The position numbers were made by a program, and so were the translations under genes. A stretch of DNA of 64,000 nucleotides from Eledone cirrhosa (taxonomy: Eukaryota). Under the pieces are notes generated by a model, which was given only the letters and a program-made list of their open reading frames with translations, was not told where the DNA came from and did not search any database. Numbering within the stretch: the stretch's first letter is position 1; the number at the start of each line of letters is the position of its first letter. This document shows, in pieces, positions 14,587-27,900 of the stretch. Location of the stretch: contig OZ024743.1 of the NCBI GenBank assembly GCA_964016885.1, forward strand, positions 376,154,001 to 376,218,000, in the 5' to 3' direction.

Positions 14587-17500
14587 TATATTTAATAATT
14601 GTCTATTACCGGTTTCAGTATTTTATGCATTATCAAAGGGGGGAATTGTTGGAGAGAAAATAATGTGATGTTGAACATGTTAAGGAAATAGGTAAGAAAG
14701 AATAATATTATTTACAAACAAGGTTTTTTAGGTAAAAAGAAAAAAGAAAAAAAACCGGAGGTGATATGGAACATGATAAGGTAATAGGAAAGAAAGAATA
14801 ATATTATTTATAGGCATAGTTCTTGAGGATAAGCAGTTCAAAATGTGTTATGGCAAGAGCGCTTAGTTGGTCCATAATGGAGGCAGATGGTATCCTGGGG
14901 TTTGATATGATTTCCCTTTTTTAGAGAGTTAATATGCACAGGTAATTCAGGGTGGTCAGGTAGGGGTGAGAGAAATGAGAGGGGTAATTCATTTATATAA
15001 GAAAAAGGATTAGGTGGGGTGTGAGGGAGGTAACTCTTTAGAGAATTGGGGCTTTGGTTCATTGTTCGTTCCAGCTTTAGTTTAGTCCGAAGTTTAGTCC
15101 ATTGAGTAGAGGTTGGAATTTGTTAATGAAGTACGTTTCCTTATTGGTACGATGAAAAAGCGTTGTCTATGAATTTGTAAATGGGGAAAATTTTAAAGTT
15201 TGGATGTTGGTTAGGTGTACAATTGGCGATATGTTCACTAAAAGCAATCTTTCTGTATTCCTGTATTTTGATTTGTGACCTATGGACGGTCATACGTTGT
15301 CGGGGCTGGTTTTGTCTGTCCTATGTAGTGCTATCGACAACCTGAGCAGGTCAAAACATAGATTAGGTTTTCAGATGCACATGTAAAGTTGTATTTAACT
15401 GTGAAATGTTGTCCTTCTTTACAATGGAATGTTGAACCTTCTATTAGATGTATGCATATACCACAGTTGGGCCTTCCGCATTGTTTTACTGTAGGGTTCA
15501 TTGTGAAGGTTGGTTGAATTTTGGCTTGTGTGAGGATGTTTTTTATGGATTTAGGTTGTCTTTTGCTCTTTATGATGTTGTGTGTTTGGAGGATTTTGTT
15601 CATTCTTGGGTCCCTTTTTGGTAAACGAATGTTCTGGAGGATGGTGTCGAATGCCTAATTGTTGAGGAGGTTGTGTGTGGAGATGTATGGTAGAGTTTTC
15701 TGTTGCGGTTCATTCCTGGGTTTGGAGTGTCTGAGTTCCTGGATGTTGAGTTTTAGGGCACGTTGGAATCCATTGTTGATTAGGGATGGTGGGTAGTTTC
15801 TGCTGATAAGTGTGTTCTTTAATTCTTCTAGTCGTGTGTAGCATGTGTATTTATCTGAAACTATTGTGCAGATCCGTCTGGCTAGGTTATAAGGAATTGC
15901 CATTTTGGTGTGGCGAGGGTGGCACGAGTTAAATGGAAGATATTGTTTGAAGTCTGTGGGTTTGTAGTATATGTCTGTTTCTATTTTGTTGTTTGTTTTC
16001 TTGATGAGGATGTCGAGGAAAGGGAGTTGTTCATGGTTATAATCCATTGTAAATTGTAAGTTTGTGTTGAGTCCATTTAGAAGGGTTTTAAACTCAATCA
16101 GTCTTTCTATACTTTCATGCCAGAGGATGAAGCAGTCGTCCAGATATCTCTTCCAGTTTTTTTCTATGTGTAGGTAGAAGTGGTTACCGTATTTATCTAG
16201 AACTTTGCGGTAGAGAGTGGTTTCCAAATATCCCATGACAAGGTTGGCGTATGAGGGGGTTACTTTCGTGCCCATGGCAGTTCCAGATTTCTGTCTGTAG
16301 TATTTGGCATCGAATTCGAAGAAGTTGTTTTCCAAGATGAATTTGAGTCCCTCCAACACAAATTCTTTAGGGATGCGCTGTGGAAGTTCACTAGGGAAAT
16401 TTTCAAGCCAGAATTGTATTGCCTCTATACCTAGGTTGTGGGATATTGGAATATAGATTGATGACATCAAAGGTTACTAGTAGGGTATGTTCATTATTGA
16501 GTGTTGTTGGGAGGTGGTTGAGCATGTCAAGGTCGTCCCTTATGACGCTTTTTATGTGTTTTAGGAAAGGTTTAAGCAGAATATCTAGGAAGTTGCTTAG
16601 GCGGTAGGTTTCACATATGGTACCTGTTATCATGAGTCTTAATTTAAGGTCATCAGGAGGGGGTATATTGATGTAAATGTCTGTGGTTTGCTTGCAGGCC
16701 CTGCCTATTACTTCGCTGTTGTGTGTCTTTGGGATACCGTAGAAAAGTCTTGTTCTGTTTTTGAAATTGATGATGTAATTGTATTCTTTGTCGGTAAGGC
16801 CTTCTTTGTAAAGGGTTGATAGGGATTTTAGGTTTCTCATTATTTTCTGTTGTGTGTAGTGTTGGGCTTTTTCGTAATATGTTTGGTTTTCTAGACTAGA
16901 GAGTACTAGAGTCGTGTAGTAATCTGTCTTCATAAGGACTACTGCACTCCCTTTATCCGCCTCTTTGATTGTTAGGGTTTTGTCGTTCTTTAGACTGTTA
17001 AGACCATTCCATTCTTTTTTGCTTAGGTTTGGTTTTTGTTTATGTCTGTGTAGGTGGTGTTATGGGTAATTAGTAATGTGTTCGCAGAATTGATCGAGGA
17101 ATTTGTTCTTGCCTTTTGGTGGAGTGTAGTTGCTTCTATTTCTGGCTATCGAGTCATCCTCATTGTATTTGTTGTATAGTTGCTCGCTGAGTCTTAGTTT
17201 TCTACAGAATTCCGCAATGTCTTCCTTCATTTCAGGGTAGTTTGGTAGTTGGGGAGTTGGTATAAATTTCAGACCTTTGGAGAGTATGTTGATGCCTTCT
17301 TTTTTTGGTATGTGGGGAGGTATTGTTTTTTTGTTGTTGTTGGTTGTTGTGTGGTGTTTGGGTGGTGATTGGGTTTTCTTGTTATTTTGGTTTTAATGAA
17401 GGGGTTCTTGGATATGTGTTTTTTTTTGAAAAGTGTTTCATAGTTAGAGAACCAGGTTTCGTTTATTTCCCAACGTTGAAGGGATTTTAATTCTTCCTTA

Positions 17501-18348
17501 TTACATTCCTCTAACCATAGTTTTGAAATATTTTCTAGGGTGGTGTCTTTGGTTTTATTGATAATTGCTTGATTAATCTCATCGTCGATTGATTTGATCC
17601 TATCTTCATTTTCTTGGGCTCTCAATTTAAAGAGTTCAATTTCGGTTTTTATGTTATCAAGTGCCATTTTTCCCTGAGGCGTCTTTGTGTCTCTGGTTCG
17701 TTTGGGATTGATTTAATTTGTAGTTTGCGGGGAAGGATTAATGGGGAAGAGTTAATCCATTTTTCATAGATCTCCGCTTTGTTATTATTTTGTATCATCT
17801 TCCAAAAGGAGAATTTCCTGTTTTAAAGAGATGTGTACCATTGTGGTATTAATTTGTTTTTTATTTGGTAAGTTGTAAGTGTATTAGTGTCTTGTATTTT
17901 CTCGTTTACTTGAATAGGGTTTGTGTTGTTACTCAGGTGTGTTTTTATTATTTCACATAAGTTGTTGATATTGTCGTTGATTTCATAGGATGTGTATTTG
18001 GGGATTATTTCTTCACTTGTAGAATTAAGTTTGTTGGTGAGTATTGACAAATTAGAGTTTATTTTTTGTAGTTCTTGGAATATCGCTTGATTGATGTTAA
18101 TGAGAGTGGAGTCTGTTTTTGTTTTAGTTGGCATTTTCTGTATCTCGTGTGGGAGTAAATAATAATTATAAAATGTGGAGAAGGAGCACACGAGTTGGAA
18201 TATATATATGAGAATAGGGAGAAAAAGACGATTATTAGGAAGAAAAATATATTTTTTTCCTTCTAATTTTTTCTCTTTTTTCTGGGTTAGAAAATGTTTA
18301 AAACAAAATATTTTACTTTGTGTGAACTGTTAAGGTATTAGTTAATTT
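14384..18348 (-). mobile_element. Near full-length decayed Neptune-type PLE with direct partial-tandem pLTRs
   Basis: Direct repeat 14385-14526 / 18210-18348, both next to TA. ORF pieces at 18191-17823, 17667-17269, 16933-16403, 16470-15655 and 15603-15331. Confidence 0.92.
15090..18135 (-). pseudogene. PLE RT-GIY-YIG polyprotein, multiply frameshifted
   Basis: Motifs FYGIPKTH, TFDVINLYSNIP, YRQKSGTAMGT..YANL, WKRYLDDCF, FLD, SCHP, CGRPNCGIC linker and NLIYVLTC..YIGQT. Confidence 0.92.
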
Positions 18349-18671
18349 AATATATATATATGTGTATAAGTATATGTATATAAATACGTATATATAAACA
18401 TATAAATATATGTATATATATCCCTTCATAAGTTCAGCTAATTTCTCGCCGTTCGAATACTGGTGCTTTAGTTCGGATCTAGCTGTCGAACCTTTTAATA
18501 TGTTTATATATATATAAATTAATTTGAGTATGTGTTGGTAAATTGCCGACACTTCAGTATGCAGGGTAGAGCACTCAGCAAAGCGCGGAGTAGGGTCTGT
18601 TTACTGAGGAGCAATTTAAAAACAAGAAGTGTAAGTCAACAGGTTAAAATTAACTTCGTTTATTCATATTT

Positions 18672-18730
18672 GCTGTTATATATATTTCGGTGATAACCAT
18701 TATGCAACAGCTATGACCTCATCAGACAGC
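18672..18730 (-). ncRNA. Canonical minimal type I hammerhead ribozyme motif
   Basis: GCTGT-CTGATGA-GGTcATAGCTGTTgcatAATGGTTATcACC-GAAA-TATATA-TA^ACAGC, with a palindromic stem III. Confidence 0.85.
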
Positions 18731-18860
18731 TAGAATTTGAACAGAAAAAACAGAAAAACATAATGTTGGGATAAAGTTTACTTCTGTTTTTTCGATTATT
18801 TTAATTGTTCAATGCTGAAGTTTGGTGTTGTTTTCTCAAAACAACACCAAACATCAAACC

Positions 18861-18973
18861 CTAGAGATGATTGAGGAAGGAGGAGATGACGTCACGCACT
18901 AGATACGACTGAGGAAGGAAGGGGTGATGATGTCACACACTAGAGATGATTGAGGAAGGAAGGGGTGATGACA
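18861..18973. repeat. Three ~39-41 bp tandem units
   Basis: ctagagatgattgaggaagga(a)gg.gatga.gtcac.ca is repeated. Confidence 0.8.
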
Positions 18974-19294
18974 AAGTACAGAAAACAGCGTCTAACATTC
19001 ACTACACTTGTGTGTACAATCTATATATATAAATTTGAACGACTTATTTTTGTACGTGTGTCTGCGTTTATAATAATATATTCATACACGCGTTAGCGTG
19101 TTTGAAAACAATCCAGTATCTAAATATAGGTTGGGTTATTAATTCATATGTTTATTGTATCTTTACTAATGATTACATAGTATTAGAAAAAAACAAACGA
19201 ACTTTTAATGTGATACAGTCATGATACTATTTCGTACTTTTCAAGAATGTCTTGCTAATGTGTTTTGACACGGTATAGGACGTTAAGAGTTAAT

Positions 19295-19470
<176 letters not shown>

Positions 19471-19592
19471 GTATATATATATATATATACACGTAGATAT
19501 AAACATATTTTTGTCTGAGTGCTCGATGAGGGGCCAGGTTGGACCCAGAAACCAATGAACACATACATGTTAAGTGTATGAAACTTTATTTA

Positions 19593-19636
<44 letters not shown>

Positions 19637-22612
19637 TATGATATATATATACATGTATATATATATATACGTATATATAAACGTAGAAACACACACACAC
19701 ACACACACACATATGTATATATATATACACACATTAGTAGATATCAGTATACATATACATGTACTTACATCGACACACGCCTGCATATACCTTTATGTAG
19801 TTACAAGAAAATAAATTGTAGAAAGCAAAACAACAAAAACTATATCAAAATCAAGAAATAACATCTCCGTAAACATATCGACTTTGTATAATTGTTAGAC
19901 AATAAAAAAATGTCCAGTTCATATGGAATTTCTCTGTGAAATCGTATTATTCCTTTTTGTTTTTTGTTTTAGTATTTTTCTTCTCCCGTCTCTACCATTC
20001 GCAATTTCCTCACTAGTTGAACAAACACAAACGATTTATCTGTTGTAGTGGGTTTTATTTCTATGTCAGCGGGCTTTATTCTGACAAATCATTCCTTAGC
20101 TCTAAAATGCTTATATATTTTTCATATGATAAACTAGCTTAAGAACGAACATGTAAACAATGCCTTAAACATTAAACAGAACAGACATATAAATACACCA
20201 ATGCCGCTTTTTAAATACCATTTCTGCAGACCTTGGCAGCCGGCAACCATTATTTGTGTGAGTTGTAAGACCGCCACCTCACCACCTGCTTTGAGCAAAA
20301 TATTTGGTTTGTAGGGCATTATATGTTTGACAAACATCGCAAGAAGTAAGCAGTTCCATAAGAGAGCAAGTTAAAGCTTGAACAAATACCTTAATTTTAT
20401 TGGCATCATGGTTACTAGAAAATTTCTTAAGTGAAGGATATAAAGCAATGGCAGAATACAGCAAAAAACAAAAACAAACAAAACAACAAAAACAAAACAA
20501 AAGAACAAAATCTAAACAAAAAACACAAAACAAAATAAAAATAACAAAAATAAGAACTAAAAAATCAAAGAAATGAATACAAAAAAATAAACAGAAACAA
20601 AACGAAAACAATAAGAGAAATTCAATAAAATCTTTCCGTAAAGTTTGTACAAAAGAAAAAGAAAGAAATTGTAGATTTTAGTTAGAAAGTAACTCAATTA
20701 TTTTCGAAATACTTTGTTTCTTTGTGTTTCTCTGACGTCACAAATAAAGTCTGGACTGGACAGGACAGGGTAGGGTATGGTAGGGTTAGGTAAGGGTAGG
20801 GTAGGTAGGTAGGATAGTTTAGGTTTAGGGTAGGGTGGGTAGAGATTATGTTTCTTCATTTTCAAGTTCAAAAGTGTATTTGATTGACGTTTTTACTAAT
20901 TTCTGAACAAAACAACAATATTTATCACCACCACCACTACTACCACCATCTCCACCGCCGCCGCCGCTACAACCACACACAACACGACACACAACACGCA
21001 CATATACAAACCATACACAGATACACACAATACCACCACACTCAATGCACGATCAGTTTTCTACAAAAGCTACATCACTAAACAACGATCAATGCATCTA
21101 TATACACACAAATATATATATATAACCACACAGCTAATACCAATATATATATGTACACAGTTAATACAAATATATATACACTCAGTTCATACACACAAAG
21201 TAAAAGTCTAAAACTGTTCATATATATATATATATATATATATAGAAGTTGTATTTAATTTGTTGGAAGTCCGACAAACATAAATGTTTATAACTGATTT
21301 AGAGCACTCAACAGTTTACTGGAGTAAATATTCAATGATATTAAATAAAGGGAAACTATATTTATAAAACCATATTTATTTTATTATATATATTTCAAGG
21401 GCAACCAAGACAACATTGGTACGCTTCCATCAGATAAAATACAAAGTTTGTTTTGTACCCATGAAAATCATACCTTATCGGTTGGAAATTCACTGGGTAG
21501 TGGAAATATATTAGGGATTATTCAAACTTATGTGTGAATATGCAAATGAATATGTAAATAATTGAAAAACAACCGTTTATTTAAATGATACTGGAGAAAG
21601 ATAGAGAAGAAAGAGAGAGAGAGAAAAAAATTAATATTACGAGAAAGATAGAGAGAAGAAATTAACAAGAGGATGAATAGAACTCATGTAACGTTAATAT
21701 GGGGGAATAACTTTTAAGTATATACCTACTAATGGTACGTATATTTACGATTATTTACTTGTTAAAATTCTTTTTAATATAATATTTACTGTTATAAGTA
21801 GATAGAAAAATAAATAGATATATATAGAAAAATAAATATATATAAAATTAGATAAAAAAATATATGGAAAAATAAATAGATAGAAAAATAGATAGATAGA
21901 AAAATAAATAGATAGAAAATAGATAGAAAAATAAAAATAAAAATAAATCAATAGATAGATAAATAGATAAATAGATAGATAAATGGATAGATGGGTATAT
22001 CGTGTTATAGATAATTGTTTTAATGAGTTATGAGGGATATTGGTTTATATTTAATGTAATTAAGTTAACTGAGTTAATCATTTTAAATTGTGAAGATACA
22101 GAAAAAACTCCAGTTTTGTTTATTTATTCGTTAGTATGAGACTATTTTGTCAAAATAAGTTTAAATGTTAAAGATATAAATGTTAAAGATGTATTTAGCC
22201 TGAATTAGTTAGTGGTTATAAATCTAATAAAATATATTAAAACAATTTTATTAAAAAATATTAAAAATTCGGGAAAATGTTTAAAAACGTAATTTATAAG
22301 AGATAAGTAAATTTAAAAAATAATAATAAGTAATTTCTAAAAATAAGTAATTTTTAAAATCTATGAAAAATTTAAGAAATAAAAAAATAAAAAATAAAGA
22401 AATAAAAAATAAAAAATAAAGAATTAAAAAAACTTAAAAAATATTAAAATTAAAGTTAAAATAAAAATTTAAAAGTTAGGATCATATATGTATATATTTT
22501 AAGAAATTTTAAGAAGTGAAATTATAGCAAATATCATAGATATGATTTAGAGATAACAATATATTAAAATAGAGTGGATAAGATTGTTATGGAATTAAGT
22601 AGAAAAGTGTAC

Positions 22613-23870
22613 TTATAATTTGTATCTAGTTCTAAACGTTGAGTTTAGGCGATGTTTACAAGAACTAAATAAATTCGTCCGTACATTAATAGAGTTCTTA
22701 CATTTAAGTATGAAGAAAATTTCCTCAACACACAATTTGCAAAATCTAGATAAAGCTGTGTTTCGGTAGGCAGGTGTTTTCGAAATTATTTCCCAAGTTA
22801 AAGAATAGTCCATATTTTTGGATTTTAAGTTCCATATCAGGTTTGATAGAGAAGTTGGAGATTTTTTATTAAGTTTTCTGAAAGAGCATTTGTGATTATT
22901 CCAACGACTTTTAAAGTCTGTAGAAGTTGAACCTACATAGTTAAATATATTATCACTGGTTTTGACTGTGCATTTATAGACCACGTCCTTATGTAAGCAC
23001 TTATCTTTTAAAGGACAGTTTGATTTAATTCTACAGTTACATTTAACGGAGTTGATGTTATTCGGAACGGTACTATTATGTTAGATATTGCTAGAGATAT
23101 TACTGCTATTTTGGTTATGGTTTAAATTTCTATTATTGATTCTATTTATATTTTGTGCTATGTTCATAGTAGTAGAGTAAGATAGTTTTATTGTATGTTA
23201 AAGATTGAGTGGTATCTGTGGGCTTTAGGAAAACATTTATCTAGTGCTTTAAAGAATAGCTTTGCTAAAGGTGTTTTAACGCTTAATGAGAATGGAGGTG
23301 AGTACCAAATTATATTTCTAGTTCTATTTCTTCTGTTAGTTTTAGAGTTTAAGTTAGATTTTTTATTGTAATTATAATTAATAGTAGGGTTATTTGCCTT
23401 ATCTTTGTTGTCGATGTATTTAATCTTATTTATATAGCCTGCTCTATTTAAAGCTTCATTATAATATTCTGCCTTATCGTCAAACATGTTTTTATTAGCG
23501 GAGATGCGTGAAATACGTTGTTGGATAGAATTAACAATAGTGTTCTTGATAGATCTAGGATGATTAGAGTTAAAACTTACATAGTTTAGATTCTCATTAA
23601 TTTTATAGAATGGACAGTAGAGCCCTGTGTTAAGGTTTAATGTTACGTCTAAAAAGGTAACAATTTTATAGTTATTCTCTATTTCTAACTTAAGATTGTA
23701 GCTATTGAAAAATTGTATTATTGATTTTCTTTTTCTATTAATTTCACAATTACTATGATTTTCAATTAAAAGCAGCATGTCATCACGATATAAACCACCG
23801 GTCATCTCTGGTATTTTTTTATGTAGTGTATTATTAATAAATAGCCCCACAAGATCCGTTATTTGCGCCG
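22613..23870 (-). pseudogene. PLE RT C-half, thumb and GIY-YIG (frameshifted)
   Basis: Motifs GGLYRDD, TFLDV, SNHP, RNIIWYSPPFS, VVYKC..YVGST..FKSRWNNH and CKLC..CKH. Confidence 0.92.
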
Positions 23871-24232
23871 AGTAAATATTATATTAAAAAGAATTTTAAC
23901 AACTAAATAATCGTAAATATACGTACCATTAGTAGGTATATACTTAAAAGTTATTCCCCCATATTAACGTTACATGAGTTCTATTCATCCTCTTGTTAAT
24001 TTCTTCTCTCTACCTCTCTCATAATATTAATATTTTTTTTCTCTCTCTCTTTCTTCTCTATCTTTCTCCAGTGTCATTTAAATAAACGGTTGTTTTTCAA
24101 TTATTTACATATTCATTTGCATATTCACACATAAGTTTGAATAATCCCTAATATATTTCCACTACCCAGTGAATTTCCAACCGATAAGGTATGATTTTCA
24201 TGGGTACGTCTCTATTTATAAAACAAACTTTG

Positions 24233-24297
24233 TATTTTATCTGATGAAAGCGTACCAATATTGTCTTGGTTGCCCTTGAAATATATATAATAAAATA
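24233..24297 (+). ncRNA. Minimal type I hammerhead motif
   Basis: TATTTTAT-CTGATGA-aag..ACCAA..TTGGT..ctt-GAAA-TATATA-TA^ATAAAATA. Confidence 0.85.
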
Positions 24298-24341
24298 AAT
24301 ATGGTTTTATAAATATAGTTTCCATTTATTTAATATCATTG

Positions 24342-24380
<39 letters not shown>

Positions 24381-24433
24381 GCACACACACACACCCATAT
24401 ATATATATGAATAAATATATATATATATATATA

Positions 24434-24938
24434 TAAGAGGGGGGCTTCAAAAAGTTCGTGGAAAAAGGACAGTTCTAAAAAACAGTTTAAGTTATGATGT
24501 TTATTTTTCAACATATGCTCCATTTAAGTCAATACACTTATTCAAGTGTTAAAACCAGCCTTTAAGTCCATCTCTGTAAAACTGAGGGCCATGCGATTTA
24601 AACCATGTCAAAGCACCCTTTTTTTAATCTTTAACTGGCGATCATCTTCGACCTCATCTCTTCCACTTCTAAAACTGACTTATCCATTTATAGGTTGTTG
24701 ATTTCTTTGGAGCATTGTCCCCATAAACTTGCTCCAGAGCGTCAATAATTTGGCTACTCTTTCACCCTAGCTTCACCATGAATTTGATGTTTTGATGAAG
24801 GCCATGTTGCTTGAACGGGTGCAGAATTTAAGGGTTCATGCTAGAACACGTTAGTATGAGAACGTACAGATGCATTGAGATCAAAATCCCTGCATATGAT
24901 TTTTAGCTATGTACTTTTTCCACGATTTGAAGCCCCTC

Positions 24939-24940
<2 letters not shown>
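24434..24940. mobile_element. Degenerate Tc1/mariner-type non-autonomous element
   Basis: Imperfect TIRs gagggg.gcttcaaa..tcgtggaaaaag / ctttttccacga..tttgaagcccctcg, in a TA context. Confidence 0.65.
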
Positions 24941-24993
<53 letters not shown>

Positions 24994-24998
<5 letters not shown>

Positions 24999-27900
24999 AT
25001 ACTTTGGGAGGGTCATGTTGCCAATAAGAAACACACGCACCAGTTGCTTTCACTTCAATTTATTATAATAAATTTATAATAAATTTATAAATTTATAAAT
25101 TTCTGGTTGGTTGGTTGGTTCCACAACCAGATAGTTGTTTATATATTGTCATAGTTCTTTCGTCACACACTCTGTGACCTCTTCAGTGACTGGGGATTCC
25201 TTTCTTTGTTTCTGTACCTCTCCTTTGTTCTTTCCTACGCCATTTTGTTTCTGTGTGTGTGTTGTGTGCCCAAAGTATAACAATATCGGTTTCAACACAC
25301 GATTTCAGATAAAGAATCTTGCTAAACAAATTCAGAAACGAAATATCGTAAGCCTTAGCCAGGCTAACAAGATACTGAAAACCACCATGTTCTGTTGTCT
25401 ATGAAAAACCATAACATCTCGACAACTACACTTCATAAAAGAATGTGCCTCGTCCCGAGTTTACACCAACACCATCAACACCGACGTAAGAAGATTACAA
25501 CTCACCAAAAAACAAGCAGATAGGCTAAAACGAACACTAATTCTAAACATAAAAAAGAAGATCTATAGAGAATTAAGTCAAGAAAAACATAAGCGTAAGC
25601 TAATACAAGGAATAGCTAGGATCACCACACCAAGAGAGAAACTAATATTTATAAGCCTTATACATCCTGAAGAACAGTACATTACTCAAGAATGTGATAA
25701 GCACTTTAACAAGAAACTAAAGTGGCTTAAGCAGATAAAGCTAAATCAGGATACTATAGAGAATACCAATAGATATCCCGACAAAATTGACGGTATAAAT
25801 ATGGCCGACACCTCATTAACAGATGAGTTCAACAACAACAACAACAACACAAATATATACGGCAACACAAGAATAGATGACGATGAGATATCTGTGTTAT
25901 GTTTACCCCCGAAATTTGCGACATTCAAGAAGGTAAATATGATTAGTTGTCTGTCAGAAATAGAAAAATCATTTACAAAACTACGCTGGAACCTCAAAAA
26001 CAAAAACAAAAACAAAAGCAACAATATACGCACACACATATACAACACACATCCCAACAACAACAGACACACAGACACAAACAACAATAACAACAACACA
26101 CACACCAACAACAACAACAATAACAACATACCCAGAAACAACAACAACAGACACGCAGACACAAACAACAATAACAACACACACAACAATAATAACACAC
26201 ACACATCAACAACAACACACATCAACAACAGCACACATCAACAACAGCACACATCAACAACAAGAACACACACGCATTCAATGCCTCTCACCACCACCAC
26301 AATCTTAACAAACACACAGACACAGAAAACAAGTAATGACAGTAGCACAGAAATCACAGAAATAAGGGAAAGTAATAGGATTAAAAGGAGAAGGGAGACA
26401 AAGGACAAAGAAAATAACCAAGACGAACACACAGACACACAAAATAGGGTAGATAACAACAATGAGCCAGTGGAAAGAGACAGGAGTAATTATGAGAGAC
26501 ATAGAAACAACCATGAGGCTGTTGGTGGAAATAGAAATAGAAACAACACAACTAACAATAACAATAGCACTAGTACACATAAAGCAGCAGCCTGGAACTC
26601 TACTTTCTATAATCCCTCGGATAACTCGTTCGACCTGCGAGGAGTCCACGCCACGACTTTACCATTTAACAAACGCACGCAATTGCCGTCGCAGGTCGAT
26701 GAACAAACAGAAGCACAATTTAGTATAGCTAGATCCGAACTTAGAAATATTATAGAACAGTATAGCAAGAAGCATAATAGAATGGAGGCCCAGCAACTGG
26801 GAGAACAATCTGCAAATGGCTTGCGTAAGCTCATGCAGCGCTCACGTAATGGAGAGATAGCATGCTTTCCAATAGACAAGTCTGGCAGAATGTCGGTTGA
26901 CAGCCTGCCAAACTACATCCAGGCAATGCAACCCCACATCACTAACACAAGAGAGGTAACACCACAGGAGCATGAGGATAGAGAAAAAGCCCTCAATGCC
27001 CATATGGTGATGTGGACGAATATAATGCAGCCCAACAAAAGGACTGCCAACAACTTCCAGGCCTGGAACAATGACGTGCCGGCGTTGTATGGGCTTCGAA
27101 AAGACCATAAAACGGGCAGTGACCCTGTCACGGGACCACCAACACGGCCAGTCTGTGGAGCTAACATTGCTAGTAACTACAGACTGTCCTACTTCCTCTC
27201 CCTGATCATACGCCCCATCATTGAAATGTCCCCAGATGTATGTGACAGCACGGAGGACCTCCTCAGCAGAATCGGCGTGAGTAACCGATCTAGGGACCTA
27301 ACAAACTGCATAATAGGTAGTATGGATGTTGTGTCCCTGTATCCATCTATTGACGTGGATTTTGCTGTGGAGAAATGCGTAGAAATGATCAGTGAGAGCA
27401 ATGTTGAGTTCCGTGGGATTGATACCAGTGAGCTGGGACTCCTACTTAAACTTACCTATAGTAATAATTACCTAGACACATATGACCTTAGCAACCTGTG
27501 CCCTACAAGAGCAGCAAGAGGCAGACCACCTACCATTACCTCAATGGCCAAGAAAACCCACACAGATAGATGGAACGGGTGGACCAGAGCCATACAGACA
27601 CCCGAAAACCACGATGAACTGAAGAAAATGATTGCACATGCGGTAGGGGCCAGCATAAAACTAACCCTTAAGGAACATATGTTCAAATTTAATGGAAAAA
27701 CATATGCCCAAGAGGAAGGAGCAGCCATTGGTGTTAGCATTGCAGGCGAGATAGCTAACTTATTCATGGTATGGTGGGACAGTAGACTTAAACTTAAACT
27801 TAAAGAACAATTAGAAGCCCCTTAACCCTGATAATGTACTCCCGCTACGTTGATGATATAAACATCCTAGTTAAGACACCCCCTCTAGAGAACAGTCAGG

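Larger units (their letters stand above)
21245..24341 (-). mobile_element. 5'-truncated PLE family B (YRDD type, probably Hydra clade) with inverted pLTRs
   Basis: 21333-21790 is inverted relative to 23871-24341, and both ends lie in (TA)n. HHRs at ~21378-21441 (-) and 24233-24297 (+). Confidence 0.92.

Noticed and set aside
20134-20611. Host coding exons from the ORF track
   Set aside because: There is no recognisable domain, and part of the frame is simple-repeat derived.
25402-25404. In-frame TGA as selenocysteine, as in some Naiad PLEs
   Set aside because: This element has a C-terminal endonuclease, I see no SECIS, and a CGA>TGA mutation is simpler.
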